A stretch of DNA of 64,000 bases from an archaeon (GCA_029258795.1 JAPDKB010000007.1:246186-310185); one strand, 5' to 3'; shown: positions 38,472 through 49,457, numbered from the stretch's first letter. Notes: generated by a model from the letters alone, not told the origin. Translations and numbers: made by a program.

Positions 38472-39081
38472 AGGGCTTGGGTTGAGCAATAAGGAAGTTG
38501 AGCTGCTGGAAAAGCTAGATGAGTTCGTAAAGCAGGAGCTTGAAACCAAGGAGGAGCAGAGTGTGGCACATCGTTACGACCATCTTAGGAGAGTTTTGAG
38601 GAACGCGCTCATGCTGGCTCAGCAGGAAGGTATGGAGGTTGATTACTTCGTTCTTTGCGCGGCATGCCTGCTTCATGACATAGATTCGCCCTACGAGAGG
38701 AAGAATGAGCATGTTGAGCTTTCTGCAAGACGTGCAAGAGAGATCATGGAAGAGCTGAAGTTTCCTCAGGACAAGATGGAAAGGGTTGTGCGAGTTATAG
38801 AGCAGCATTCAACTGAAAAGCCGGCCGAAATAGTTGATCTCGAGGCAAAGCTGCTTTTCGATGCTGACAAGCTGGATGGTGTTGGTGCTGTTGGTGTGGC
38901 GAGGGTGTTTCTTTACTGCGGGCAGAAGGGTATGAGCATTGAGGAAGCTGCGGAATGGTACAGAAAGAAGATGGAGATTGCCGCCGGAATGATTCAAACG
39001 GGAACTGGAAGAAAGCTGATGGAAAAAAGAGCAAAGCTCACACTGGAATTTCTGGAGATGCTGGAAAAAGAAATGGGATGA
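38464..39081 (+). CDS. HD-domain phosphohydrolase
   Basis: H...H..RV, LLHDI, DADKLD.VG..G.AR. Confidence 0.9.
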   Translation: MFEGLGLSNKEVELLEKLDEFVKQELETKEEQSVAHRYDHLRRVLRNALMLAQQEGMEVDYFVLCAACLLHDIDSPYERKNEHVELSARRAREIMEELKFPQDKMERVVRVIEQHSTEKPAEIVDLEAKLLFDADKLDGVGAVGVARVFLYCGQKGMSIEEAAEWYRKKMEIAAGMIQTGTGRKLMEKRAKLTLEFLEMLEKEMG

Positions 39082-39091
39082 AAGCGCTCTG

Positions 39092-39751
39092 CTACCCTTT
39101 TCCAATTGGCTCCAGCTCCACAACGCTTACCTCGCTGCTCACCATGCTCCCGAACTTTTCAGCGCTCGCCGGCAGATCTATATCCCTCCACTTTCCAAAA
39201 TGCATCGGCACAGCGTATCTTGGTTTTATGGTGTTTGCCGCCTTAGCTGCCTGCTCCTCATCCATCACGTAGGTGCCGCCGATTGGCAGGAGTGCAATAT
39301 CGATGTTTTCGGAGGCAAGCTCCCCCATCTCCGGAATGAACTCTGTATCGCCAGCGTGATAAACCTTGATGCCGTCAACCACGAAAACAAAGCCCACATG
39401 TCCTTTCTCCTTTGGATGGAATGGCTTTGTGGGGTTGTAAGCAGGCACAGCTCTTATTTTTACGCCCTTTACCTCTACCTCATCTCCCGGCTTCACCGTA
39501 ACGCTGTTCTCATAATCCTTTGTGACGCTTTCCGGGCCAACCACAACCGTGTCATCCTTACTTATTTTTGCTATGTTCTCATCGTCCTTGTGGTCGAAGT
39601 GCTCGTGGCTCACAAGCACGATGTCCGCCTTTGCCGGATTCTCATCCAGAACATAGGGATCTGTGTAGATAACCACGTCCTTGCCAGCAATCCTGAACGA
39701 AGCGTGGCCCAGCCATTCCACCTTTACTCCATTAATTTCGAGCACGCGCAT
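39092..39751 (-). CDS. Metallo-beta-lactamase fold hydrolase
   Basis: WLGHASF, SHEHFDH, YHAGDT, PMHF. Confidence 0.92.
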   Translation of the reverse strand: MRVLEINGVKVEWLGHASFRIAGKDVVIYTDPYVLDENPAKADIVLVSHEHFDHKDDENIAKISKDDTVVVGPESVTKDYENSVTVKPGDEVEVKGVKIRAVPAYNPTKPFHPKEKGHVGFVFVVDGIKVYHAGDTEFIPEMGELASENIDIALLPIGGTYVMDEEQAAKAANTIKPRYAVPMHFGKWRDIDLPASAEKFGSMVSSEVSVVELEPIGKG

Positions 39752-39824
39752 GCTTTGAATTTCGGGTTGAAAGGATAAAAATGTGATGGCTAAGCTCAGC
39801 CGGCGTGGCCGAAACCTTTAAATA

Positions 39825-39868
39825 GATGTAAAGCTTACTTTACATCAGATGTAAAGAAAACTTTACAT
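39825..39868. promoter_or_regulatory. Tandem palindromic operators ATGTAAAG-N4-CTTTACAT directly downstream of a TATA box
   Basis: gatgtaaagcttactttacatc (39825-39846) and gatgtaaagaaaactttacat (39848-39868), after tttaaata. Confidence 0.85.
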
Positions 39869-39879
39869 GAGGTGAGAAT

Positions 39880-40260
39880 ATGGAGCTTGCGGATCGGGAT
39901 AAGCTGAGGGGTGTGCTTAATATTGTGGTGTTAATGCTCGCGGGTTATGTGATGGGTACTGCCTCCGAAAAAGGCGATGTTCTGACTTTTACATGCACTT
40001 TGATCCTTGCGACGGTGGCTGTTGGTATCATATCCGTGGTACTCGGACCCATGCAGAGGGGAGATGAGAGAATGCTCAAGCGTTCCGAGGAAGCTGCATT
40101 GCTGTCGGTCAGGATATGCGCGTTTGCGGGATTGCTGGCTTTTGCTTATTCCGCGATGCTGGAATTTGAAAAGATGAGTTTGCTCTTCCTTGGAATGGCC
40201 GTGCCGGGTATGGTGTGGGTCGTGCTTTATTTCGTGCTGGTGTGGAGGGATGTGCGGTGA
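39880..40260 (+). CDS. DUF2178-like membrane protein
   Basis: TM helices flanking a DER motif; upstream of an XRE HTH gene. Confidence 0.75.
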   Translation: MELADRDKLRGVLNIVVLMLAGYVMGTASEKGDVLTFTCTLILATVAVGIISVVLGPMQRGDERMLKRSEEAALLSVRICAFAGLLAFAYSAMLEFEKMSLLFLGMAVPGMVWVVLYFVLVWRDVR

Positions 40261-40451
40261 AGAACAGGGTGAAGGAGCTGAGAGAAAAGCGCGGGATGAC
40301 GCAGGAAGAACTTGCCAGAGCTCTTGGGGTTACAAGGCAGACAATAATAGCAATAGAGAAAGGGAAGTATGATCCCTCGTTGAAGCTTGCCTTAAAGATA
40401 GCGAGGTTCTTTGGGGTGAGGGTGGAGGATGTGTTTGAGGTGGAGGAGTGA
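40257..40451 (+). CDS. XRE-family HTH regulator
   Basis: KNRVKELR...[26 protein letters not shown]. Confidence 0.95.
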   Translation: MKNRVKELREKRGMTQEELARALGVTRQTIIAIEKGKYDPSLKLALKIARFFGVRVEDVFEVEE

Positions 40452-40458
40452 GCAGATA

Positions 40459-40917
40459 TTATTTTTTAATATTCTTTTCCATTATCAGTACAGTTTCATC
40501 TTCATCCTCCTTCAGCACGCCTGCCATTCTGTAACCGTTCTTCTCATAAAATTCCTTTACGTTTGAAGCCACTCCAGCTGAGATCCTTTCAATGCCTGAA
40601 GTGTTTGCGACATCTTCCAAAGCTCTCAGGAGCTTGGTACCGATGCCCTTCCTCCAGTAAGAAGACAAAACTGCAATCGCCTCGAGTATTAACTCGTTGT
40701 TTTGCTGACGCGCAAAAACGATCCCTACGATTTTTTCTTCGTCGCCATCCTTCTTGTAACATCCAAGGAAGAATCTGGGATTTTCATGAAACCATTCCCT
40801 CACTACTGATAGAGGCACATTATTGTTTACATAATCCCTGTAAATGGAATAAACTTCATCGAGATCTTTTTCTGAGATTTGCTTGATGGTTATGTTTTCT
40901 GTCATGAATTTGTACAC
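40459..40917 (-). CDS. GNAT acetyltransferase
   Basis: IAV...YWRKGIGTKLL, FYEKNGY. Confidence 0.9.
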   Translation of the reverse strand: MYKFMTENITIKQISEKDLDEVYSIYRDYVNNNVPLSVVREWFHENPRFFLGCYKKDGDEEKIVGIVFARQQNNELILEAIAVLSSYWRKGIGTKLLRALEDVANTSGIERISAGVASNVKEFYEKNGYRMAGVLKEDEDETVLIMEKNIKK

Positions 40918-41072
40918 TGGTGGTTCAAAAATAAAAAATCATAAGACACGAGTTTGAAATGTTCGGAAACTGTGAGAGAATTGAGTTGAAAAATGTGAGG
41001 ATAGGGAATGAGCATTTGTTGGTGTGAAGCTCGCAAATCTATTTTTAAATTTTAGTAACTAACGAGTGATTA

Positions 41073-42575
41073 ATGATGTTGGAAAAGGTGCCAGTACCTT
41101 CCCAAATGAGGAGAATCCTCCTTTCAAGTGGGATAGATAATGCTCGAGAGATAGATAAGGAAGTCTACAGATACTGGACAGAAGTGATGCATCCGGCTGT
41201 TGCTCACGGTCCCGCGCATAAAGATAGAGCATCCTATTTCGGGTTAGAGTTCTACTTAGAAAACGCGTTCGTGGGAAAGGAGAAGATAGAGCCAGATATG
41301 GTCGTCAATGCGCTGCAGCTTCATGATATTCATAAAAGCGGTGGTGTAACCAGCACGAAAGACGCAAAGATAAGCGCCGAGATAGCTTATGACATTCTGA
41401 GAAAGTATTATTCCGGTAATGAGCGTGACAAGTTAGATAGAATATGCGGGGCTATAGAATCTCACAGTGATCCATTTGAAGATAAAGAGCCTGAGGAGGC
41501 GGATCCTCTAGTCATACTGGTTTACATTGGAGATAAGATGGATATGAGTTATGATAGACTGTGTGCATATATCAGTTGGCTGGATTATCTGATGGAAAAA
41601 GGGGAGGGTGAGAAAAAGTATACCACTACACCCTATCGAGTGCTCAGTGCATGGTTTAGAAGGATGGAGAAAACCGCAAGGATATTTGAGCAGATAGAAA
41701 GAATAATACCTGAAGCGTCATACATCGTTCTAGGTTTGAGAAATGAACGATACTCTATGAATTTTGGGGCGCCAGGGAGATACCATGGCACAGGAGGAAA
41801 AAGGCCGACCACTCTGGAGGAATTATTTGAGATTATCGGGAAAGACTGCGGTGCCAAACAGGCTGAAAATCTCAAAGGATTCGTAGAAAGGTATGAAATA
41901 AGTGATGATGTACTGCTCAGCGGAGACTTTCTCTTCATGCAGATGAAGAACGAGGTAAGCAATGATTATTACCTTGATGGAATTCTTATCCCAAACATAA
42001 AGAGAGATGATGCCAAAATCATACTTAATGTGTTATGGACGCAGAGCGATCTGTCTCCCTCCCGTATGAAAGTGGATGAGATATACAAGACTCACCAAAA
42101 GACAACATTTGACGTTCTTAACAGTATGGGTGATAAAGAAGACTGGCGTGCTTGGTTGAGGTGGGGGTTGGTTAGAGACATGATATCTAACATAAGGCAC
42201 ATGAAATCCGCTAGAATAAAGAAAGAGAAATATCCAGTAATTCTTCAAGAGTATAAGAACGTATTATGGGGTGTGCCTCCAAAGACCGAGGTTATAGACG
42301 GATCTGTAGAGATGGGTGGTATCTCTATCCCTATCAAAGAGTGGGATGAGTTTATCAAAGGGATGCAGGAATTTGATATTAGAACATTTTTACTGGGACT
42401 CGAGTTGGAAAGAACATCAACAATCGGAAAACCCGAAATTACTGAGAAAGATATGAAATTAATAAAGTACGTAATTTTTGGTGACGAGAATTATGATCTA
42501 CGCCCACGAGCCGGGGATTTTGGATATATTGTCGGCATTTTTAAGTTTCTTGAATTCCTTGAATCAATTTATTAA
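41073..42575 (+). CDS. HD-domain protein with a long uncharacterised C-terminal region
   Basis: HGPAH..R, LHDIHK, ESHS and GDKMD in the N-terminal third. Confidence 0.7.
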   Translation: MMLEKVPVPSQMRRILLSSGIDNAREIDKEVYRYWTEVMHPAVAHGPAHKDRASYFGLEFYLENAFVGKEKIEPDMVVNALQLHDIHKSGGVTSTKDAKISAEIAYDILRKYYSGNERDKLDRICGAIESHSDPFEDKEPEEADPLVILVYIGDKMDMSYDRLCAYISWLDYLMEKGEGEKKYTTTPYRVLSAWFRRMEKTARIFEQIERIIPEASYIVLGLRNERYSMNFGAPGRYHGTGGKRPTTLEELFEIIGKDCGAKQAENLKGFVERYEISDDVLLSGDFLFMQMKNEVSNDYYLDGILIPNIKRDDAKIILNVLWTQSDLSPSRMKVDEIYKTHQKTTFDVLNSMGDKEDWRAWLRWGLVRDMISNIRHMKSARIKKEKYPVILQEYKNVLWGVPPKTEVIDGSVEMGGISIPIKEWDEFIKGMQEFDIRTFLLGLELERTSTIGKPEITEKDMKLIKYVIFGDENYDLRPRAGDFGYIVGIFKFLEFLESIY

Positions 42576-42606
42576 ACATTAAAAAACAGTGAAGATCGAT
42601 AACAGG

Positions 42607-42682
42607 TGGTAGCCCCGCCAGGATTCGAACCTGGGTCTGGGGGTCCAGAGCCCCCCATGCTTGGCCGCTACACCACGGGGCT
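42607..42682 (-). tRNA. tRNA-Gln(CTG), CCA encoded
   Basis: AGCCCCG acceptor stem, GGGGG-CTCTGGA-CCCCC anticodon arm, GGTTCGAATCC T-arm. Confidence 0.97.
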
Positions 42683-42755
42683 GCTCAGCACGCGAGGACA
42701 AAAATCTTAATCTGCAGAAGAATTTTTAAAATTTAAGTCCATCTAAGTCACCACA

Positions 42756-43153
42756 TCACAACGTCAAGTTCTCGTGAAACCTTCTGATCTTCATGAAATC
42801 ATTGTCCGTGGTTGCCAGCTTCTCCTTGGCATTAATGGCGGTAGCTGCAATCATTACATCAGCGTCGTTCACTGTTAAGCCCTTCTCCTTCAACTTAGCC
42901 CATATAACTGCTGCGTGCTTAGTGTTTTTGGCGGTGAATGGCAATATTCCCATGGCATCGATCAGCCTCAAGATCACGTTGAGCTCTTTCTCGCTCCCAT
43001 CTCGAATTTTCTTGTATGCAGCATCCCCTGATAAGTTCATATACGGTTATAGAGCTGATTTTCAAGTACTCTTCATTTATCTCTCGCGCCATTCTCTCAA
43101 AAAAACTTCCTGTCCTTTAAGATTCTCAAAACAACCGAGGTATCAAGCAACAA
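42756..43153 (-). pseudogene. vapC: Frameshifted VapC PIN toxin
   Basis: LLDTSVV...ISSITVYELIRG, then one extra base near 43025, then AAYKK...DADVMIAATA...LATTDNDF. Confidence 0.85.
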
Positions 43154-43363
43154 AATCCCTCACCCTGAACTTGGTTCTCTTCTTAAGTACAATGTCCTCA
43201 ATATCGCTCTCACTCAGCGATCCGGCAACCTCCTCCAGAACCTCCATGGTTCTTGATTTTCTGGCATCAAGCAGTTTCTCTATTACGTCTGAGAAGGATT
43301 TTTATCTCGTTTTAACTTCCGCAACCTTTCGTATATTTCGTCTCTCACCAGTATTGTACGCAT
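43143..43363 (-). pseudogene. vapB: Frameshifted VapB-like antitoxin
   Basis: MRTILVRDEIYERLRKLKRDK, then a frameshift in an A5 run, then SFSDVIEKLL...FVA*; stop overlaps the toxin start. Confidence 0.8.
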
Positions 43364-43474
43364 GTATGTATACATGCATAAAAATTAAATCATCTTAGTT
43401 TCATGTCTGTTTGCAGGTTATTGGAAAGTTCGTTCCGTTAATTATATTTAATGGATTGTGTTATAAAAACCCTT

Positions 43475-44587
43475 ATGGAAAATGATCTGGAGTCGTGGCT
43501 CCGGTACTATCTCGCGCAGAACTACTCTCCAGAATATTTGAAAACTTATCTGATCCGAGCGGGTTATGATGAAAGAACAGTGGATGATGCGATTAATAGA
43601 GTGTTGGGCAGAGAGCCTTCACAAACGAAAAAAGAAAAGCTGAACAAGAAGAAAGTTCTCATTTCGCTCCTTGTGCTTTATTTAATAATTTTGTGTGGGA
43701 ATTTTTTCTACGTCTCAAAAATAGAGGAAAAGGCAACAAAAGAGATTCAGATGTTTTCTCAAGCACAAAGTAAACGCTCGGAGCTCGATTTTTGTTTCAA
43801 GGAATTTTTTGAATGTTCTCCTGCAGAGTGTGTCATGAAGTTTGCTGAGGAGGACTGCCGAACTTTTGTTGACAAGGCAAAAGAGTCGCTTGGAAACCCC
43901 AGTAGCGAGGAAAGTGTGGAGTTCAACTGTCATGTAGAAACCGTATGCGATATCCGTAATTGGAGGGGTAAAATTGTTATGGCTCCCTACTTCGGAGACC
44001 TTGAATTTGACGAAAATGAAATCCAGAATGGTGATGCTTACACCAAATGCGTGAATTTCTTGAAAAAAGAAATGCCAAAATCGTACTTCAAATGCCCGAA
44101 TTTACTCTCGTTGGAATACATCACTACGGTAGGCATGGAAGTATGGAAGGGCCAGCTTCGCGCCAATGTGTGGAACCCTGCTCTTTTCGTGACGGACTTC
44201 AGGCGTGCTGCTGGTTCCCTCTTAAGAGCTCAGCAGCATGCTAAGGATGTGTACCATAACATAGATAAGCTTGTAGCAAACCAGTATCATTCAGCAATAC
44301 AGACAAGACCAGACAAAGAGATCGAAATCGTGAATAACTGCTACACCCGAATGTTCGAGAACTTATGTTCGTTTGCGAGTGATGTGTCTGAGGAAGTTAT
44401 AGAGGCTCGAATCAAAGACAAGATAATGAAGGAGATCGCACTAAATGCTTATCATGACTTGAAAGAAGGATGCAAAATTAATGAGAAGCGAAAGATAATC
44501 GGTGCTGGCTACACTCTTGTTGCCCTGCTCTCTGAGAGTCCGGAGGAAGGCTTCTCCATCGTATATGGAGACTGTTTCTCCGGCTGA
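43475..44587 (+). CDS. Single-pass membrane protein with Cys-rich extracellular domain
   Basis: Small N-terminal helical motif (Y.....YS...LK..L..AGY....VD.A), one TM, many Cys. Confidence 0.7.
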   Translation: MENDLESWLRYYLAQNYSPEYLKTYLIRAGYDERTVDDAINRVLGREPSQTKKEKLNKKKVLISLLVLYLIILCGNFFYVSKIEEKATKEIQMFSQAQSKRSELDFCFKEFFECSPAECVMKFAEEDCRTFVDKAKESLGNPSSEESVEFNCHVETVCDIRNWRGKIVMAPYFGDLEFDENEIQNGDAYTKCVNFLKKEMPKSYFKCPNLLSLEYITTVGMEVWKGQLRANVWNPALFVTDFRRAAGSLLRAQQHAKDVYHNIDKLVANQYHSAIQTRPDKEIEIVNNCYTRMFENLCSFASDVSEEVIEARIKDKIMKEIALNAYHDLKEGCKINEKRKIIGAGYTLVALLSESPEEGFSIVYGDCFSG

Positions 44588-44661
44588 CAAGTTGATATTC
44601 CAAGCTCGCAAACTGCAACCTTTTAAATATTTTTCTTACCTTTCTTTCTACGTGATGCTTC

Positions 44662-46530
44662 ATGCGCGTGCTTTTAATCCATGCCGATCACATCGAGTTC
44701 GAGCCGAAGAAGAAAGCTCTGAAGGCTGCGGAAGAAGCCAAGCTGGAGAAGGTCAGGGTGGATGAGGCATTGGTTGTTTTCGTTTCTGTGGAAAAGGGAG
44801 ATGAAGCGGATCCTGAAGGCGTAACTGACGCTCTTGTTAAAGAAGTGGAAAGTGTAGCGGAGCAGGTGAAAGCTGAAAGAATCGTGCTTTATCCGTGGGT
44901 GCATCTCAGCAGCGAGCCCGCTCAGTCGGGAGATGCTCTCAGAATTCTGAAAATAGCGGAGCAGAAGCTGAAGTCCAAGTTTAAGGAGGTTGTTAGGGCT
45001 CCTTTTGGATGGTACAAGGCATTCGAGCTGAAGTGCAAGGGTCACCCGCTTGCTGAGCTGAGCAGGACGATAAGGGCTGGGGAGAAAAAGGAAGGCGAGC
45101 AGGAGGAAGTGAGTGAAGCGCTGAAAGCTGAGGAGAAGCTGAAGTCCTACTGGTATATCATGACTCCAGATGGAGAGCTTGTCCCTGTTGATCAGTTTGA
45201 TTTCACCGGCTACGAGGAGCTGAAGAAATTTGCCAACTATGAAATCTCAAAGGTGAGGGCTGTTGATAGGGTTCCTCCTCATGTCAAGCTGATGAGGGAA
45301 ATGGAACTTGTTGATTATGAGCCGGGGAGCGATCCCGGAAACCTGAGATGGTATCCGAAGGGTGAGCTCATAAAGAACCTGCTGGAAGATCATGTTACAA
45401 ACTTGCTTATTCAATATGGGGCTATGAAGGTTGAAACCCCGATCATGTATGATTTCAACCACCCCAATCTTTCCAAATACCTCCACAGATTTCCAGCAAG
45501 GCAGTATGTTGTTTATTCTGGGAGTGATAGGTACTTTTTGAGGTTTGCTGCTTGCTTCGGGCAGTATTTGATAAAGCACGACATGACCATCTCCTACAAA
45601 CACCTGCCCGTCAGGCTTTACGAGCTGACCCACTACAGCTTCAGGAGGGAGCAGAAGGGAGAGCTTGTCGGGCTCAGGAGGCTGAGATGCTTCACCATGC
45701 CCGATATGCACACGCTTGTTGCTGATATAGAGCAGGCAAAGCAGGAGTTCGTTAATCAGATGAAGCTTGCCATGAAATGGATGGAGGACTTGCAGCTTGA
45801 CTATGAAGTTGCGATAAGGTTTGTGCGCGAGTTTTATGAGGAGAACAAAGAGTTCATTAAGGAGCTTGTTAAAATGCTTGGAAGGCCGGTTCTCATAGAG
45901 ATGTGGGACGAGAGGCCGTTCTACTTCATTCTGAAATTTGAGTTCAACGTGGTTGACAGCTTGGATAAAGCTTCAGCACTTTCAACAGTGCAGATAGACA
46001 TCGAGAATGCTGAGCGTTTCGGCATAACCTACGTGGATAAGGATGGGAAGAAAAAGCACCCCCTCATTTTGCACGCGAGCATAAGCGGGAGCATAGACAG
46101 AAATCTCTATGCAATTCTGGAAAAGCAGTGGATGAGGAAGGAGAAGGGGGAGAAGCCGTGCTTCCCGGTCTGGCTGGCTCCGATCCAGGTAAGGCTGTGT
46201 CCTGTGAGCGATGAGTATGTGGATAAAGCCGTGGAGTTAATGGAGAAGATAAAAGCGAGCAACATAAGGGTGGATGTTGACGACAGGGATTTGACGCTGG
46301 GCAAGAAGATTATGGAGGCGGAGAGAGAATGGGTACCTTACGTCGTGGTGCTCGGCCAGAAGGAAGCCGAGAGCGGGAAGCTTTCCGTGAGAATAAGAGA
46401 GAGCAACGAGCAGAAAGAGATGAGTTTGGAGGAGCTGATAGCTGAAATAAGGAAGCACATGGAAGGCAAGCCCTTCAGACCACTTTACCTGCCAGAACTT
46501 CTTTCCAAGAGGCCGCAGTTCGTGGGGTAG
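44662..46530 (+). CDS. thrS: Threonyl-tRNA synthetase (archaeal editing domain)
   Basis: APFGWYKAF...[30 protein letters not shown]. Confidence 0.97.
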   Translation: MRVLLIHADHIEFEPKKKALKAAEEAKLEKVRVDEALVVFVSVEKGDEADPEGVTDALVKEVESVAEQVKAERIVLYPWVHLSSEPAQSGDALRILKIAEQKLKSKFKEVVRAPFGWYKAFELKCKGHPLAELSRTIRAGEKKEGEQEEVSEALKAEEKLKSYWYIMTPDGELVPVDQFDFTGYEELKKFANYEISKVRAVDRVPPHVKLMREMELVDYEPGSDPGNLRWYPKGELIKNLLEDHVTNLLIQYGAMKVETPIMYDFNHPNLSKYLHRFPARQYVVYSGSDRYFLRFAACFGQYLIKHDMTISYKHLPVRLYELTHYSFRREQKGELVGLRRLRCFTMPDMHTLVADIEQAKQEFVNQMKLAMKWMEDLQLDYEVAIRFVREFYEENKEFIKELVKMLGRPVLIEMWDERPFYFILKFEFNVVDSLDKASALSTVQIDIENAERFGITYVDKDGKKKHPLILHASISGSIDRNLYAILEKQWMRKEKGEKPCFPVWLAPIQVRLCPVSDEYVDKAVELMEKIKASNIRVDVDDRDLTLGKKIMEAEREWVPYVVVLGQKEAESGKLSVRIRESNEQKEMSLEELIAEIRKHMEGKPFRPLYLPELLSKRPQFVG

Positions 46531-46535
46531 CTTTT

Positions 46536-47660
46536 TTACTCGGTTTTGAGAGCGCACCATCCTACAGGCTGATTGCTGGATGTCAGCTTGATGGAGAGGG
46601 GGAATTTTCTCCAGTTGTACGCTGATCTTCTCCAGTAATTTCTTACGAGCTGCTCGTAAAGCCAAGAGTTGCGATCTTTTATTATAGAGAGTATTGTTTT
46701 GTACAGGATGCTCGTGTGTGCTCCAAGTCTTACCAGCACCTTATCATCTTCCTGCTTCAGTTCCATATCCCCCATTTCGAAATGATGATCATTTTTTATG
46801 ACAAAATTCGTGAATTCCTTCACGATCTTCAGTGTTCTGTTAATGAACTCTTCCTTTTCCACCTTTTCTCCGAAGATATTCTTCACCACTTCATCAAACT
46901 CTTTCTTGTATTTGTTTCTAACCACATCGAAGTTCGGAGCGATGAGCATTTCTCCCTCGAAGGTTCCTTCCACGCACTCCACCAGAAAGTTACCTCTTCT
47001 GCTCCTAGATCTATTAACCTTTTCTATTCTGATTTCTTCCAGCAGAAGAGTATAGTTTACAGGGCGCATATCCCTCAAAATGAGGAGTTTGAGAAGATCT
47101 TTCTGTGGGTCGTACTTGCTTTCCTTCTCATCAAATTTAGTTTGTCTTTCGAGTGAAAGTAGTATGTCGAGGTATTTCTGAACATATTTTGGTAATTCCT
47201 TTCTATTCTGGACATATCTCTCAATCAAAGACTCTAGTCTCATATAAGCAGAACTATTGTTCTGAAGGATGCTCCATACAAATGCTGTTCTTATGTATCC
47301 TTTAAGAGAACTTCCCGGGATATAAGGAACGTAATTAACATCCTTCATGAACTCCTTAACCTGTCTAGGAGATGATATTCTGCTGGAAGTGTTTGCGGGC
47401 AGCTTTATCTCATAGATTGCATGCTTTTCATCCTTCCTCGCTTCGAGCTTGTTCAAGAGCTGCTCTATCCCTCCTCTGATATCTGAAGATTTCGCAACTT
47501 CTTCAACAAGATCCATATTTTCCTCCAAAAGCTTGGATAAGGAGATCCTGTAAGCAGTGTTACCTTTCACCAGCAATTCTGATGTCAGATAGACCTTATC
47601 TGTGCCTGCACCTATGAAGAGAGGAGTTATTGTACTTAACTCTATTCTCATTCTACTCAC
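46536..47660 (-). CDS. csm5: Type III-A RAMP Csm5
   Basis: ITPLFIGAG, YIPGSSLKG.IRTA, DP..DL...L...D, RLG, P.GW. Confidence 0.88.
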   Translation of the reverse strand: MSRMRIELSTITPLFIGAGTDKVYLTSELLVKGNTAYRISLSKLLEENMDLVEEVAKSSDIRGGIEQLLNKLEARKDEKHAIYEIKLPANTSSRISSPRQVKEFMKDVNYVPYIPGSSLKGYIRTAFVWSILQNNSSAYMRLESLIERYVQNRKELPKYVQKYLDILLSLERQTKFDEKESKYDPQKDLLKLLILRDMRPVNYTLLLEEIRIEKVNRSRSRRGNFLVECVEGTFEGEMLIAPNFDVVRNKYKKEFDEVVKNIFGEKVEKEEFINRTLKIVKEFTNFVIKNDHHFEMGDMELKQEDDKVLVRLGAHTSILYKTILSIIKDRNSWLYEQLVRNYWRRSAYNWRKFPLSIKLTSSNQPVGWCALKTE

Positions 47661-48694
47661 CTCAGTTCAGCAGCAACATCCCGCCAGTCTGGGAAGGGTA
47701 AAGTGAGAGGTTTTCCCACGAGCGTGTAATTTATCTTCGAGTCCTCATGGACAACTATTTCATAAGAGTAATCCGCCCGTAAAATGGAGCCAGGATGAAG
47801 GAAGGGTGTGAGTCTTATCCTCTCTCCAACCCTGTTGTAGCCGTAGCACACGGAATAAGTGTAAAGGTTACCATCATCCTTCCACGGCTTGCTGTTTTTA
47901 CCCAAAACCCCGTTGGAAAGGAGCATAATGAAGGGATATTTTTCTTTTTTCTCGAAAAGTTTCGAGTCCCATTTTTCCTCTATCTGCGTTATCCTGAATT
48001 TTCCGAAGCCCTCCGTGATTCTCTTACCCAGTCCCCAGTCCTGAAGGAGCTGGAATGCGGAGCACACAATATCGAAGATTTTCCTTTTCTCGTATTCTAT
48101 GAGGATGGAGTAGCTGAGAAGTATTTTTCGGGCGCCCATTTCTATTTCCAAGGATGTGGCTGCTTTCTCATAATAGGGTGTTGCCATCACCGGCAATCTT
48201 TTCATGACATTTTTTGGTATGTCTATCCGCTTAAACCCTGCTCTCAGTAATTGAGGCGGCTCTGCGTTTTTTTCTGTTTCGTTTTTACCCTCCATCTTTT
48301 CGAGCAAGTTCTTGAACTGTTCCATTATTTTTTCCGTGCTTCCCGATTCCAGAGAATCGAGCAGTGCTTTCAGTTGTTCCTCAGATATGTATTTTATTTC
48401 TTTCATCTTTTTAGCTTTCTTTCCTCTTTCCGGATCCTCTTCACCAAAAGCGAGGCTCAGTATCCTAAAGAGTTTTGGCACGGGAAAGTACTGCACATCC
48501 AGATCTTTTGTCACGAGCCTCGGCAGGATAGTAGACATTCTCACTTTATCTTTCTGCAACGCTGAGTAAAGAGCTTCCCCTTTCTCTCTTTCCATTTCAT
48601 AAGCAGCTCTCAAAACTGCTCCGTAGAGCTTGAAGGAATCTATTCTTCCCGCTACAGGAGATTCAAACTGCAGAGTGATTCTGCCCAATGACAT
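47657..48694 (-). CDS. csm4: Type III-A RAMP Csm4
   Basis: S..LYGA, GLG...T.G.G.F glycine loop, PGS; position in the operon. Confidence 0.8.
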   Translation of the reverse strand: MSLGRITLQFESPVAGRIDSFKLYGAVLRAAYEMEREKGEALYSALQKDKVRMSTILPRLVTKDLDVQYFPVPKLFRILSLAFGEEDPERGKKAKKMKEIKYISEEQLKALLDSLESGSTEKIMEQFKNLLEKMEGKNETEKNAEPPQLLRAGFKRIDIPKNVMKRLPVMATPYYEKAATSLEIEMGARKILLSYSILIEYEKRKIFDIVCSAFQLLQDWGLGKRITEGFGKFRITQIEEKWDSKLFEKKEKYPFIMLLSNGVLGKNSKPWKDDGNLYTYSVCYGYNRVGERIRLTPFLHPGSILRADYSYEIVVHEDSKINYTLVGKPLTLPFPDWRDVAAELR

Positions 48695-48722
48695 GGATAC
48701 CTCCCGTAATTCATTGGGAAAT

Positions 48723-49457
48723 TTAAGGTGAGTAGTTTTCTTCCGTCTTCTCTTCCCTCTCCGTGATCGTTATCTTAACTTTTCCGTATCCTCTGGTTCC
48801 GTGTCCGCCAAGGTAATCGTCGTTGAGCCTTTTAATTGCCTCTCTTACCAGATTCTCGATTTTCTGCTCATCATCTCCCTCATATATTCTCAGGACAAAT
48901 TCCACTTTGAACTTACTTCCTGCAGGGACTCGCTCTATGAATCGTGGATTGGCTCTTGAGAGAATCCTGTTTATCGAGTTCTCAGCCTTTATTTCGCCTC
49001 CTTCCACGATTTCATCCTGCTGGTTCCACCATTTTATGGTTTCTAGCGTGGGTACCGCATCTCTAACTATCAGTCTGGTGGGAGCGTCCTTTACCTTCAC
49101 CTTCTCCGAAGCCGGGTGACCGAAAACCTTGCAGATGAGACAATCGTCTCCGTTCTCCAAACAATCTGTTTTGGTCTCTCCTATCCTGTCCTTATTCTTG
49201 GTATCTATGTGTCCGTATGCTAGATCCAGCAGAGAGCGCATCTTGCCTTTCAGAGAGCTTCCCGGAATTATGGGCAGGTACTGGCATTCTCCCGTTTCCT
49301 GAATAAATACGGGTGCTCTGATAACCGGAGAGTCGACACCACCTATTTTCAGATATTCTCCAGCACCACCTATGTGCAAACCGGTCAGCACCTCGAGCTC
49401 TCCCCTCAGTATTATGTTCTTTTTCCACTTTAATCCGTTCGAGTCCATATTTTTCAC
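48723..49457 (-). CDS. csm3: Type III-A RAMP Csm3
   Basis: TGLHIGG, IGGVD.PVIR (catalytic Asp), IPGSSLKGKMRSLL, ERVPAG, LGG.G.RGYG. Confidence 0.95.
   Translation of the reverse strand: MKNMDSNGLKWKKNIILRGELEVLTGLHIGGAGEYLKIGGVDSPVIRAPVFIQETGECQYLPIIPGSSLKGKMRSLLDLAYGHIDTKNKDRIGETKTDCLENGDDCLICKVFGHPASEKVKVKDAPTRLIVRDAVPTLETIKWWNQQDEIVEGGEIKAENSINRILSRANPRFIERVPAGSKFKVEFVLRIYEGDDEQKIENLVREAIKRLNDDYLGGHGTRGYGKVKITITEREEKTEENYSP

Noticed and set aside
40960-41030. 22-codon ORF MFGNCERIELKNVRIGNEHLLV in an intergenic region
   Set aside because: Too short, with no clear SD or motif
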